Below, in pieces: positions 9,409-18,255 of a DNA stretch of 47,731 nucleotides; the stretch's first letter is position 1, and each line of letters opens with the position of its first letter. The position numbers and the translations under genes were made by a program. The stretch comes from a virus. Taxonomy: Duplodnaviria > Caudoviricetes. Below the pieces are notes generated by a model that was given only the letters and a program-made list of their open reading frames with translations, was not told the origin of the DNA and did no database searches. The stretch lies in IMG/VR virus record IMGVR_UViG_3300036786_000087, positions 1 to 47,731 of that record; one strand, written 5' to 3'.

Positions 9409-9608
9409 CCAGCGCCAGTCGCCGCGAGACGATCCGCGCCGAGCGCGATCTCGAATCGGCCGACTTCATCGACCGTTATGCCGATGCGGTGGCGGGCGGG
9501 CTGCCGTTCGGGCCGAACCGGCTCCAGCATCCAGAGCCCGTGCGCGGGCCGCTGCTGGTGGCACTGCGCGGGCTCGCTTCCTCCTTCCGCGCGGGGCTGG
9601 TTGACTGA
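9405..9608 (+). CDS. Hypothetical protein
   Basis: Coupled ORF. Confidence 0.55.
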   Translation: MTSASRRETIRAERDLESADFIDRYADAVAGGLPFGPNRLQHPEPVRGPLLVALRGLASSFRAGLVD

Positions 9609-9826
9609 TGCCGAGCCTCGCCCGGATCGTCGGCCAGGAGGACGTGATCGACGAGATGCGCCGCCGCGCGCCGCGGCGCGGGATGCGCAAGGGGCTGGCG
9701 ATGGACCTCGGCATTTCGGAGCCGGCGCTCTGCGGGATGATCGGCGGCCGCCGCCCGATCTCGGCCGAGGTCGCCGCCCGGCTCGGCTTCCGCATCCGCT
9801 ACGAACGGGAGGAGGGCAACAGCTGA
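9608..9826 (+). CDS. Small XRE/Cro-type HTH protein
   Basis: RKGLAMDLGISEPALCGMIGGRRPIS. Confidence 0.7.
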   Translation: MPSLARIVGQEDVIDEMRRRAPRRGMRKGLAMDLGISEPALCGMIGGRRPISAEVAARLGFRIRYEREEGNS

Positions 9827-9829
9827 GCG

Positions 9830-11038
9830 ATGCCTGCCCCCGTCGACAATCTCTTCTCCCGTGGCGTCCGGATGGTGCACGAGGAGGCGGTGGAGCTGAC
9901 CCTTCAGTCGCTCCGCGGCTATTGGCCTCTCCATAGCCACGTCGCCGTCGCCTGGTCCGGCGGGAAAGACAGTACGGCGACGCTGACGCTGCTGATCCAC
10001 ATGATCGACGCCGGCGAGCTTCCTCAGCCCGACCGCCTCTATGTCTTCTATGCCGATACCCGGCAGGAGCTGCCGCCGATCCAGATCGCGGCCGAGGCGA
10101 TCATGGTGAAGCTGCGCGAGCGCAACTGGATCGAGGTCGTGGTCGTACGCGCGCCGATCGACAAGAGGTTCATGGTCTACATGCTCGGCCGGGGCGTGCC
10201 GCCGCCCAACAACAACACGCTCCGCTGGTGCACGCGCCAGATCAAGGTGGACCCGATGGCGGCGGCACTGGAGCAGGCGATTTCTGGGCTTCCCGGCAGC
10301 GCGCTGATGATCACCGGCGTTCGCATGGGCGAAAGCGCGGTTCGCGACGATCGGATCACGATGTCATGCTCCAAGGATGGCGCCGAATGCGGGCAGGGTT
10401 GGTATCAGCAGGTGCTTCCCGAGGCGAAGGGCATTCGCGGCCGCGTCGCGACGCTGGCGCCGCTCCTGCACTGGCGTGTTTGCATCGTCTGGGATTGGCT
10501 TAAATTCTATGCGCCTCAGCCGGAATTCGGCGGATGGCCGACCAAGATCCTCGCCGACGCCTATGGCGGCGACGAGGCCGAGGAGATCAACGCGCGGACG
10601 GGCTGCATCGGCTGCCCTCTGGCCACCCGCGACACGGCGCTGGAGACGATCGTCGCGATGCCGGCATGGCGGCATTTGCGGCGGCTGCTGGAGCTCAAAC
10701 CGCTCTATCGTTGGCTGAGAGAGCCCGCGCAGCGGCTCCGCAAGGCCGGCGGCGAACGGCTTAAGGACGGATCGCTGGCCAAGAACCAGCAGCGGATGGG
10801 GCCGCTCACCTTCAAGGCGCGGCTGCGGGCGCTGGAACAGGTGATGATCATTCAGCGCAGCGCCGGTGTCGATCTGATCAACCCCGAGGAGGAAGCCCGG
10901 ATCCGCGAGCTGATCGCGCTCAAGACATGGCCCGACGGGTGGGATGGCACCGAGCCGAGCGCAAGCGCCTGGCTCGACAGCTTCCATGAGGATGGATCGG
11001 TGCAGCCGATCCTGTTCCGGGAGATGGTGGGGCAATGA
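9830..11038 (+). CDS. PAPS reductase family protein, DndC-like
   Basis: PP-loop WSGGKDS, ADTRQE, GRGVPPP..RWCTRQIK, GVRMGES..R, RTGCIGCP, C-terminal GPLT..R..L..Q..LI..EE..IR. Confidence 0.88.
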   Translation: MPAPVDNLFSRGVRMVHEEAVELTLQSLRGYWPLHSHVAVAWSGGKDSTATLTLLIHMIDAGELPQPDRLYVFYADTRQELPPIQIAAEAIMVKLRERNWIEVVVVRAPIDKRFMVYMLGRGVPPPNNNTLRWCTRQIKVDPMAAALEQAISGLPGSALMITGVRMGESAVRDDRITMSCSKDGAECGQGWYQQVLPEAKGIRGRVATLAPLLHWRVCIVWDWLKFYAPQPEFGGWPTKILADAYGGDEAEEINARTGCIGCPLATRDTALETIVAMPAWRHLRRLLELKPLYRWLREPAQRLRKAGGERLKDGSLAKNQQRMGPLTFKARLRALEQVMIIQRSAGVDLINPEEEARIRELIALKTWPDGWDGTEPSASAWLDSFHEDGSVQPILFREMVGQ

Positions 11039-14000
11039 AGAGGGCGCCTCAGACCTCGCCGATGCTCGAGGCCGCGCTGGCGTTCGCCGCGCGCGGTTGG
11101 CCGGTTTTTCCCTGCAACATGACGAACAAGCAGCCGCTGCTGGCGGCCGCCAAGGATCCGAAGAGCGGGCAGAAGATCAAGGGCACGGGCGGCGTGTCGC
11201 GCGCATCGGTGAACGAGCAGGAGATCCGCACCTGGTGGAAGAAGTGGCCGATGGCGATGGTCGGGCTCGCCACCGGCCATGCGGAGCTGTTCGCCGGCGC
11301 ATCGCCCGCCGCGGTCGCGCGGCGGCTGTTCGCGCTCGACTTCGACCCCCGCCACGACGCCGATACGGGCGAGGAATGGACGCTGGAGCGGCTGAAGGCG
11401 GAGACCGAGGCGCAGATCGGCTGCGCGCTGCCGCCGACGCTGGCGGTGCGGACGCCGTCCGGCGGGGTGCACCTCTATTATGCAACGCCCGACGATGGCG
11501 GCGCGCCGATCCGCAATCGCGGCCATCTGCCGCTCCATGTCGACGTGCGCGGGCTCGGCGGTTATGTGATCGCGCCGCCGAGCGTGATGGAGGACGGCCG
11601 CCGCTACCGCTGGCTGCACGGCGCCGCCGATGCGCCGATCGCGGAGGCGCCGGCGGCGCTGGTCGTCGAGCTGCGCGCGCCGAAGCGCAAGGCGGCGGCG
11701 CCGGCGCCCAATAACGACGCCGCGGCCGACCAGGCCGCGTCCACATCCCCTTCGCCTTCCGCTCGGCCGGGCGCGGCCGGGGACGAGATCGATGCAGCAA
11801 TGCGGCGCTACGCGCTGAATGCGCTCGACGCCGAATGCGCCGAGCTGGCCCGTACGCCAGTCGGGAAACGCAATATCGAGATCAACACCAGCGCCTTTCG
11901 AATCGGCCAGCTGGTCGGCGCTGGAGCGCTCAGCATGAGCGTGGCGCGGGCAGCGCTGGAAGACGTCGTGGCGGGCATGATCGCTCGCGGCGGCGGCGAT
12001 TACGAAGCAGGCTGCAAGACCGTCGACAACGGCCTTACGGGCGGCTTGGCCAACCCGAGAGACCTTTCCGAGATCAAGGAGAACGCGCGCCAGCGCCTGA
12101 CGCGACCGTCGCGCCGACAGTCCGCCGCCCGCTTGCCGCCGCCTGCCGCACCCCCGCACCCCCCAAGCGGTGGCGATATTCGATCCGAACCCTTCCACCC
12201 CGGAAGGCTGGCAGACAATCCTGATGGTGGTGAGGGTGCGGGACTGGCGCTCAGCGAGGCCGAGACGGCGCGGTTGAAGCGGATCGCCGAGCATTGGCTG
12301 CAGAGCCGGCTGGAGCATGTCGCGCGCGAGGCGAAGCCGCTGATGCAATTGGCGTGGTCGATCGGTCGGCGCGTCTCGGCCGGGCTGATCGACGCCGGCG
12401 CGGCGAAGGAGGCGATCTGGCCGCTTTGCGAGGACGTCGCCGACGTCCAGCATGCCGATATCGACCGCGCGATCGCCGACGGGATCGCGCGCGGCTTCGA
12501 TCCCGCGCCGGCTTTGCTCGACCTGAAATTGTCGGGCTATCCGATGACCGATTTCGGGATCGCGGAGCGATTTCGCGACCGGCATGGCGACGCGTTCCGC
12601 TTCACGACCGGCAAAGGCTGGCTGGGATGGGACGAGCGGCGCTGGAAGGTGCTCGACCAGGATAAGGACACGCTGCCGGCGGAGCTGATCTCCGCCGTGT
12701 TCGAGACGATCCGAGATATCCAGCGCGAGGCGCGGCGGGTGCGCGAGACGCGGATCAAGCTGCAGCTCACGCGCCGGGGCAAGCAGGAAGAGCTGAACCT
12801 TGACGAGCCGGATCCGCATGCGCTCGACCATTGGGTGCTTGTCGGCAAGTCGTTCAAGCTCTTTTCGGCGATGCTGGCGGCGTGGGGGCGGCAGAGCGAG
12901 CAGGCGGGAAAGCCGGCGTCGGTGGCGAATCTCGCGCGGCGCTGGCTGACCGTGCCGATCGAGGAATTCGACCGCGACAAATTGGCGGTGAACGTGCTGA
13001 ACGGCACCTTGCGGTTCGAGCGCGAGACGCTGCCCGATGGACGTCATTCGGCCTCGGTGCGGATCGAGGATCACCGGCGCGAGGATCTGCTGACGAAGCT
13101 GGCGCCGGTCGAATGGGATCGGGACGCGCCGGCGCCACTCTATGACGCGATGTTCGAATGGGCGCAGCCGGAGCCCGTGCTGCGGCGCTATCTCCACCAG
13201 GTCGCCGGCTATGCGATGACCGGGCAGACGGGGGAGCACAAGCTCTGGTTCAATTACGGGCGCGGGCGCAACGGCAAATCGACGACGATCGACAGCTGGT
13301 GCGCGGCGCTGGGCGATTATAGCGGCACGACGCTGATCGAGACATTCCTCGATCAGGGGATCAAGAAGCGGGGCGACCAGGCATCGCCCGATCTCGCTCG
13401 GCTCGGCGGCGTGCGGATGCTGCGCGCGTCGGAGCCGGAGCGCGGCGCGAAGCTCAATTCGGCGCTGATCAAGTTCGTTACCGGCGGCGAGCCGGTGCCG
13501 GTGCGGGCGCTGCACCGCGGCTTCTTCGACCTCCTGCCGCAGTTCAAATTGCTGATGAGCGGCAATTCCAAGCCCGACATTCCCGATACGGACGAGGGGA
13601 TTTGGGGGCGGATGAAGCTGGTGCCGTGGCTGCGCAACATCGATCAGCCGCCGGAGGGCGCGGAGAACTGGCCGAAGAAGGACGAGCAGCTCGGCGACAA
13701 GATCAAGGCCGGCGAGCTGGCGGGGGTGTTCGCGCGGCTCGCCGCCGGGCTGCTCGACTATCTGGCGCACGGCTTCGCCGAGCCTCAGGAGGTGAAGGCG
13801 GCGACCCAGGCCTATCGCGACGACAGCGACCCGCTGGCGCGGTTCCTGCGGCTGTGCACCGAGCACGATCCCGGCGGGCGCGTGCAATCGTCGAAGCTGC
13901 ACGAGGTGTTCGCCGCCTGGTGCAAGGCCGCCGGCGAGAAGGAATGGAGCCAGAAGGGCTTTTCCAAGGCGATGGCCGACAAGGGCTTTGCGAAGAAGGC

Positions 14001-14211
14001 GAGCGACGGGATGCAGTGGCTGGGCCTCAAGCTGGTGCGCCAGGCGTCCGACTTCGTCGATCAGGATGGGCGCGTGAAGGTGCTGGCGGACGACATGGCG
14101 GCCGAGCCGCCATCCGTGGACGACGGCCCGCTGTGGACAGGCGGCCCGGGCGCACGCTCGCGCCCGCCGATCCGCGCGCCCGATGACGATGATGAGGATT
14201 TCTTGCCCTGA
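11035..14211 (+). CDS. Bifunctional primase-polymerase fused to a P4/D5-family SF3 helicase
   Basis: GWPVFPC, ALDFD, RTPSGGVHLYY, VDVRGLGGYVIAPPS; Walker A GRGRNGKST; DTDEGIWGR; C-terminal wHTH. Confidence 0.93.
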   Translation: MKRAPQTSPMLEAALAFAARGWPVFPCNMTNKQPLLAAAKDPKSGQKIKGTGGVSRASVNEQEIRTWWKKWPMAMVGLATGHAELFAGASPAAVARRLFALDFDPRHDADTGEEWTLERLKAETEAQIGCALPPTLAVRTPSGGVHLYYATPDDGGAPIRNRGHLPLHVDVRGLGGYVIAPPSVMEDGRRYRWLHGAADAPIAEAPAALVVELRAPKRKAAAPAPNNDAAADQAASTSPSPSARPGAAGDEIDAAMRRYALNALDAECAELARTPVGKRNIEINTSAFRIGQLVGAGALSMSVARAALEDVVAGMIARGGGDYEAGCKTVDNGLTGGLANPRDLSEIKENARQRLTRPSRRQSAARLPPPAAPPHPPSGGDIRSEPFHPGRLADNPDGGEGAGLALSEAETARLKRIAEHWLQSRLEHVAREAKPLMQLAWSIGRRVSAGLIDAGAAKEAIWPLCEDVADVQHADIDRAIADGIARGFDPAPALLDLKLSGYPMTDFGIAERFRDRHGDAFRFTTGKGWLGWDERRWKVLDQDKDTLPAELISAVFETIRDIQREARRVRETRIKLQLTRRGKQEELNLDEPDPHALDHWVLVGKSFKLFSAMLAAWGRQSEQAGKPASVANLARRWLTVPIEEFDRDKLAVNVLNGTLRFERETLPDGRHSASVRIEDHRREDLLTKLAPVEWDRDAPAPLYDAMFEWAQPEPVLRRYLHQVAGYAMTGQTGEHKLWFNYGRGRNGKSTTIDSWCAALGDYSGTTLIETFLDQGIKKRGDQASPDLARLGGVRMLRASEPERGAKLNSALIKFVTGGEPVPVRALHRGFFDLLPQFKLLMSGNSKPDIPDTDEGIWGRMKLVPWLRNIDQPPEGAENWPKKDEQLGDKIKAGELAGVFARLAAGLLDYLAHGFAEPQEVKAATQAYRDDSDPLARFLRLCTEHDPGGRVQSSKLHEVFAAWCKAAGEKEWSQKGFSKAMADKGFAKKASDGMQWLGLKLVRQASDFVDQDGRVKVLADDMAAEPPSVDDGPLWTGGPGARSRPPIRAPDDDDEDFLP

Positions 14212-14212
14212 C

Positions 14213-14470
14213 CCTTCCGACCGGAAGGATGGCGGAACGGTGTTTGGAAGGGAGAAAGCGCGGATTTCTGCGGCTTCGGAAGGGTTGGAAGCTTTGGCGA
14301 TGGGTTGGAGTGCGCACGATCATGCGCGGGTGTGCGCGAAGCTACATCCACGCAAATCCTTCCAATCCTTCCGTCCCTTCCATTTGGTTAGAGAAAGTGA
14401 GTTCGTTCAATGAGATATGAAGAAACCAATGCCGGAAGGATCGTTGAGCAAGCTTCCGGCGGCGGAAGCT
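14213..14470. repeat. Putative replication origin (CCTTCC/GGAAGG iterons)
   Basis: GGAAG(G/C) at 14223, 14246, 14278, 14287, 14434, 14464; CCTTCC at 14213, 14358, 14367, 14376 (9-bp period); directly after the primase gene. Confidence 0.65.
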
Positions 14471-14904
14471 TCTATACGTGGGATGAGGTGCAGGCTCGCC
14501 TTGTTGAGGCGGTGGAGACGTGGTGGCGGATGCCGGACCCGGATGCTCGGTTCGGATTGAGCGGACGCATCTCGTCGATCTGGCGGCAGTTTATCCGCGA
14601 CCGCGAGCTGCGCGCGCTCGTCGATGCGGAGACAGAGGAACCGCGGCGGCCGCGCCCGAGCCGAGCGGATATCGGGCGCATGCAGGAAGCGAGCGACTGG
14701 ATCGCGCATGTCGGCGAGCGCGACCGCCCGCTGCTGATCATGTCGATCACCTGCCTAGCCGCAGGCGATAAGCGGGTGCCGTGGGAGAAGCTGTGGAAGC
14801 ACTTCGGACGCGGCAGACCCGGCCCCGACGGACTGCGCAAGCGCTACGACGGGGCGATAACGGCGATCGCCAACTGCCTCAACTCGGCCTCTGAGCAGGG
14901 GTAG
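14410..14904 (+). CDS. DUF6362-like putative late-gene regulator
   Basis: TWDEVQARLVEA..PSRADIGRMQEASDWI..RYDGAITAIANCLN; last early gene before cos/terminase. Confidence 0.65.
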   Translation: MRYEETNAGRIVEQASGGGSFYTWDEVQARLVEAVETWWRMPDPDARFGLSGRISSIWRQFIRDRELRALVDAETEEPRRPRPSRADIGRMQEASDWIAHVGERDRPLLIMSITCLAAGDKRVPWEKLWKHFGRGRPGPDGLRKRYDGAITAIANCLNSASEQG

Positions 14905-15079
14905 GCGTGTCAAGCGCGAAAATGCGCCACTTTTCGTTTCCGTTTCCCAGGGGGTTTGGCGCATTGAGCAAATCAGCATCCGGCCACGCGTTCGGATGCC
15001 TCCATCATGACGCGGCCGCCGCCATCCGGAGTGCCGACCAGGCGCCTCTCCGACCCTCTCAAGCGACGGAGGCCGTCGC

Positions 15080-15227
15080 GGGTCCTTTCAGGCGGCGGCC
15101 CGCACATGCGGTCCAGCAGAGTGCGGGGGTCCACCGTTCAAGCGGGTTTTCGGATTTTGAACATTCTGAACATTTGGGGTTCAATTGGCGGTTCACGATC
15201 GCCTTGCTGCCGCTGCGGCGGCTGAAC
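15080..15227 (+). other. Lambda-type cos region (cosQ-cosN-cosB)
   Basis: GGGTCCT (identical to lambda cosQ) at 15080-15086; cosN-like TGCG-GTCCAGCAGAG-TGCG at 15107-15125; six GTTCA/TGAAC repeats at 15136-15227 before terS. Confidence 0.75.
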
Positions 15228-15255
15228 GACGGAAAGGTCGACGAAGGCGGTCACC

Positions 15256-15888
15256 ATGGCGGCGCTGATGACGCAGGCGGACTATGCCCGTCATCGGGGG
15301 GTTTCCAAGCCCGCCGTGTCCAACTGGAAAAAGGCGGAGTTGATCGTCTTCGCCGAGGATCCCTCCGACGGCCGACTGAAGGTCGATGTCGCGAGGACCG
15401 ACGCCAAGCTGAACGCCCGCATCGATCCAATGCGTGGACGGCCGGCAGGCGGAACGCCGGCGCCGGCGTCGCCGATCGAGGAAGCGGCGGCCGCGATCGC
15501 TGCACCGGCTTCGGGCGAGAGCCTGCAGTCGGTGCGGATGGAGCTGCTGAAGCGCCAGAGCACCGGCCAGGCGCTCAAGAATGCCGAGGCGGCGCGCGAG
15601 CTCGGCGCCATCGTCGAGCTGGAGCGGCGCGCGAACGAGATCGGGCGTGCGGCGCGCGAGCGCATCCAGGCATGGTTTCGAGGCGCCGCGGAGCGCCTCG
15701 CCGCCGAGCGTGACGCCCGCACGATCATGGCGTTCGGCGAGGAGGAGATCGACAGGGTTTTTGCCGAGCTCGCCGACCATGCTGAAGCCGGCGCGTTCGG
15801 CGACGATTCGACCGAGGAGGCCGCCGCCGACGCCGAGGACGCCCCGGCGCTCGCCGCCGCGGAGGCCGCGATCGACGAGGCGGCGTGA
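15256..15888 (+). CDS. terS: Terminase small subunit
   Basis: N-terminal HTH MTQADYARHRGVSKPAVSNWKK, coiled coil, upstream of terL. Confidence 0.88.
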   Translation: MAALMTQADYARHRGVSKPAVSNWKKAELIVFAEDPSDGRLKVDVARTDAKLNARIDPMRGRPAGGTPAPASPIEEAAAAIAAPASGESLQSVRMELLKRQSTGQALKNAEAARELGAIVELERRANEIGRAARERIQAWFRGAAERLAAERDARTIMAFGEEEIDRVFAELADHAEAGAFGDDSTEEAAADAEDAPALAAAEAAIDEAA

Positions 15889-18035
15889 TGGGTTTCGCCT
15901 ATCACAACTTTTCGCTGGAGACGGCCGAGGCGCTGCGCCGCAACGCCCGCCGTCTCGACCGCTCGTTCGCCGCGGGACTGCGACCGCCGCCGCGCATGCG
16001 GGTCTCGACCTGGGCGGAGCGCTATCGGCGCTTCCCCGACGACGACGCCTATCCGGGCCCCTGGCGCCATGTGACGGCGCCCGAGCTGGTCGAGATCATG
16101 GACGCCATGTCCCCGCACGATCCGTGCGAGGAAGGGGCGATCATCAAATGCGCCCAGTCCGGCGGCTCGGCTGCGGCCGAGAACTGGATCGGCTACATCT
16201 CCGACCTGCGCCCGGGCCCGACGCTGTTCGTTCAGGCGACGCTGAAGGCCGCCTGGGACTGGTCGGCCGAAAAGTTCTGGCCGATGGTCGAGGCGACGCC
16301 GCGGCTCAACCCGGACAAGGGTGGAACCATCAAAGCACTAGGCCTGCCGGATGGTGACGGCTCGACCAAGCACAAGGTCCGCTTCGCCCGTTCGAACGGT
16401 TATGTATTGCTGGCAGGCGCCAATTCGGCCGCCGGCCTTCGCCAGCGCACGGTGCGCTATGCGATCGAGGACGATCTCGACCAGTGGCCGGACGATCTCG
16501 ACGGCCAGGGTTCGCCGGAGGAAATGGTCAGCCAGCGCCTCAAGGTCTGGCGCCGCCGCGGCCTCTCCAAGCGGCTGAAGATTTCGACGGGGACGATCAG
16601 GGGCGCGAGCAAGATCGCCGCCGCCTTCGAGGCGGGCGACAGCCGCCGCTATCACCTCAAATGCCCGTCGTGCGCCGCGCGGTTCCGCCCCGAATGGGAG
16701 GACATCCAGTGGCCCGACGGCCATCCGGAAGAGGCCTTCCTCCGCGCGCCCTGCTGCAAGGCTCGGATCGAGCATTGGCAGAAGGCGGCGATGAAGCTGC
16801 CGGACGGCTGGCTCTCAGACGAAATCGAGACCGACCATGGCGAGTTGGTGAAGCCGCCGCGCGCGATGACCGAAGAGGCCTTCCAGGCCTGGCGCGCGAA
16901 GATGCCGGCAAGCCGCAAGCGCGGCTGGCACCTCTCCGGCATCATCTCGACCTTCCAGACCTGGGCCGACATGGCGACGGGCTGGGTCTCCGCCCAGGGC
17001 GACGTCAACAAGCTCAAGACCTGGACCAACCTGGTCCTCGGCTGGGTATTCGAGCTCAAGGGCGAAGTCCCCGATTCGGAGAAGCTGAAGGGCCTCCGCG
17101 AGCAGGGTTGGGGCGTCGGCCGCATGGCCGTGGGCCCGATCGTCACCACGCTCGGCGTCGACGTGCAGGGCGACGGCCTCTATCTGGAGGCCGTCGGCCA
17201 CGCCCGCCACGGCGAGACCTGGCAGTTGGACGCCCGCTTCCTGCCCGGCCCGACGGACGTCAAGGGCCAGGGCGCCTGGCTGGCGCTCGACGAATATAGC
17301 CGCCGCGGCATCGCCTTTCCGGGCGGCAAGGTGCTTCCGTTCGATCGGGAATGCGTCGACGCCGGTTACCATACCGAGGCGGCGCAGGCCTATTGCGCGA
17401 AGCGCCCGCATCGCCTCGCCGTCTTCGGCCGCGACGGATGGACGCGCCCGGTCCTCGGCCGCGGCGAAGCGCTCCGCTACCGGCGCCAGGGAAGCAAGGC
17501 GGGCCAGGCGTCGAAACGGCTCGAGGACCGCGCCTATGTCGTCGGCACCTACGGGGTGAAGGCGAGCTTCTACGGCTATCTCCGCGCCAGCCTTGCCTAT
17601 GCCGATCGCATCGTCGCGGAAGGCACCGGCGCCGAACGGCCCTACGGCCTCGCCCATTTCAGCGAGGATACGACCGACGACTGGTTCGAGCAGGCGACGG
17701 CCGAGGCGATCGTCGCCAAGGTCTCGAACGGCTATCCGAAGCGCGTCTGGCAGATCATGCCGGGCCGCCAGAACCATTATCTCGACTGCCGGGTCTACAA
17801 TATCGCGGCGGCCGAAAAGCTGATGCTCGACACGCTGACGGACGCCGATTGGGAGCGTCTCCGCGCCGAGCGCCACGGGGCCCGGGATCCGCGGCAGGGC
17901 GACCTGCTCGCAGCGCCAGTCACCGTATCGGCTCCGCCTCCGGCGGCGCCCGCCACCAAGGCCGCCGCCAGCGCCGCCGCACCGGCGGCGCAGGGCGAAC
18001 GGTTCATCGACCCCGGAGACGATTACCTTGGCTGA
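15885..18035 (+). CDS. terL: Terminase large subunit, lambda GpA family
   Basis: VSTWAE, KCAQSGGS, IEDDLDQW, CPSC, GVDVQ, VDAGY, NHYLDCRVY. Confidence 0.95.
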   Translation: MMGFAYHNFSLETAEALRRNARRLDRSFAAGLRPPPRMRVSTWAERYRRFPDDDAYPGPWRHVTAPELVEIMDAMSPHDPCEEGAIIKCAQSGGSAAAENWIGYISDLRPGPTLFVQATLKAAWDWSAEKFWPMVEATPRLNPDKGGTIKALGLPDGDGSTKHKVRFARSNGYVLLAGANSAAGLRQRTVRYAIEDDLDQWPDDLDGQGSPEEMVSQRLKVWRRRGLSKRLKISTGTIRGASKIAAAFEAGDSRRYHLKCPSCAARFRPEWEDIQWPDGHPEEAFLRAPCCKARIEHWQKAAMKLPDGWLSDEIETDHGELVKPPRAMTEEAFQAWRAKMPASRKRGWHLSGIISTFQTWADMATGWVSAQGDVNKLKTWTNLVLGWVFELKGEVPDSEKLKGLREQGWGVGRMAVGPIVTTLGVDVQGDGLYLEAVGHARHGETWQLDARFLPGPTDVKGQGAWLALDEYSRRGIAFPGGKVLPFDRECVDAGYHTEAAQAYCAKRPHRLAVFGRDGWTRPVLGRGEALRYRRQGSKAGQASKRLEDRAYVVGTYGVKASFYGYLRASLAYADRIVAEGTGAERPYGLAHFSEDTTDDWFEQATAEAIVAKVSNGYPKRVWQIMPGRQNHYLDCRVYNIAAAEKLMLDTLTDADWERLRAERHGARDPRQGDLLAAPVTVSAPPPAAPATKAAASAAAPAAQGERFIDPGDDYLG

Positions 18036-18255
18036 CTTTTCGCAGCAGCTCGCCGCCCTGCAGGCCGGCCTTGCCAGCGGCGAGGCCCGCATCGAATCGG
18101 ACGGCGACGTGATCTGGTATCGCGGCGTGGCCGATATCCTGAAGGCGATCGACTATTTCACCCGCCTGCAGGCCGCGGCGAACACCGTCCCCGGCGCCAC
18201 GCGACCGGCGACGACGCTTGCTTATTACGATCCGGGGCTCGACCGATGCAGCTAG
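18028..18255 (+). CDS. Head-tail joining protein (gpW-like)
   Basis: LAALQAGLASGEARIESDG..YR; between terL and portal. Confidence 0.8.
   Translation: MADFSQQLAALQAGLASGEARIESDGDVIWYRGVADILKAIDYFTRLQAAANTVPGATRPATTLAYYDPGLDRCS

Noticed and set aside
14921-14998. Inverted repeats (AATGCGCCA/TGGCGCATT; GCATCCG/CGGATGC) as an ncRNA
   Set aside because: Probably late-promoter elements; no promoter-terminator frame or recognisable RNA family
15179-15195. LexA box before terS
   Set aside because: GTTC pairs are spaced N8, not N7; better explained as cosB repeats
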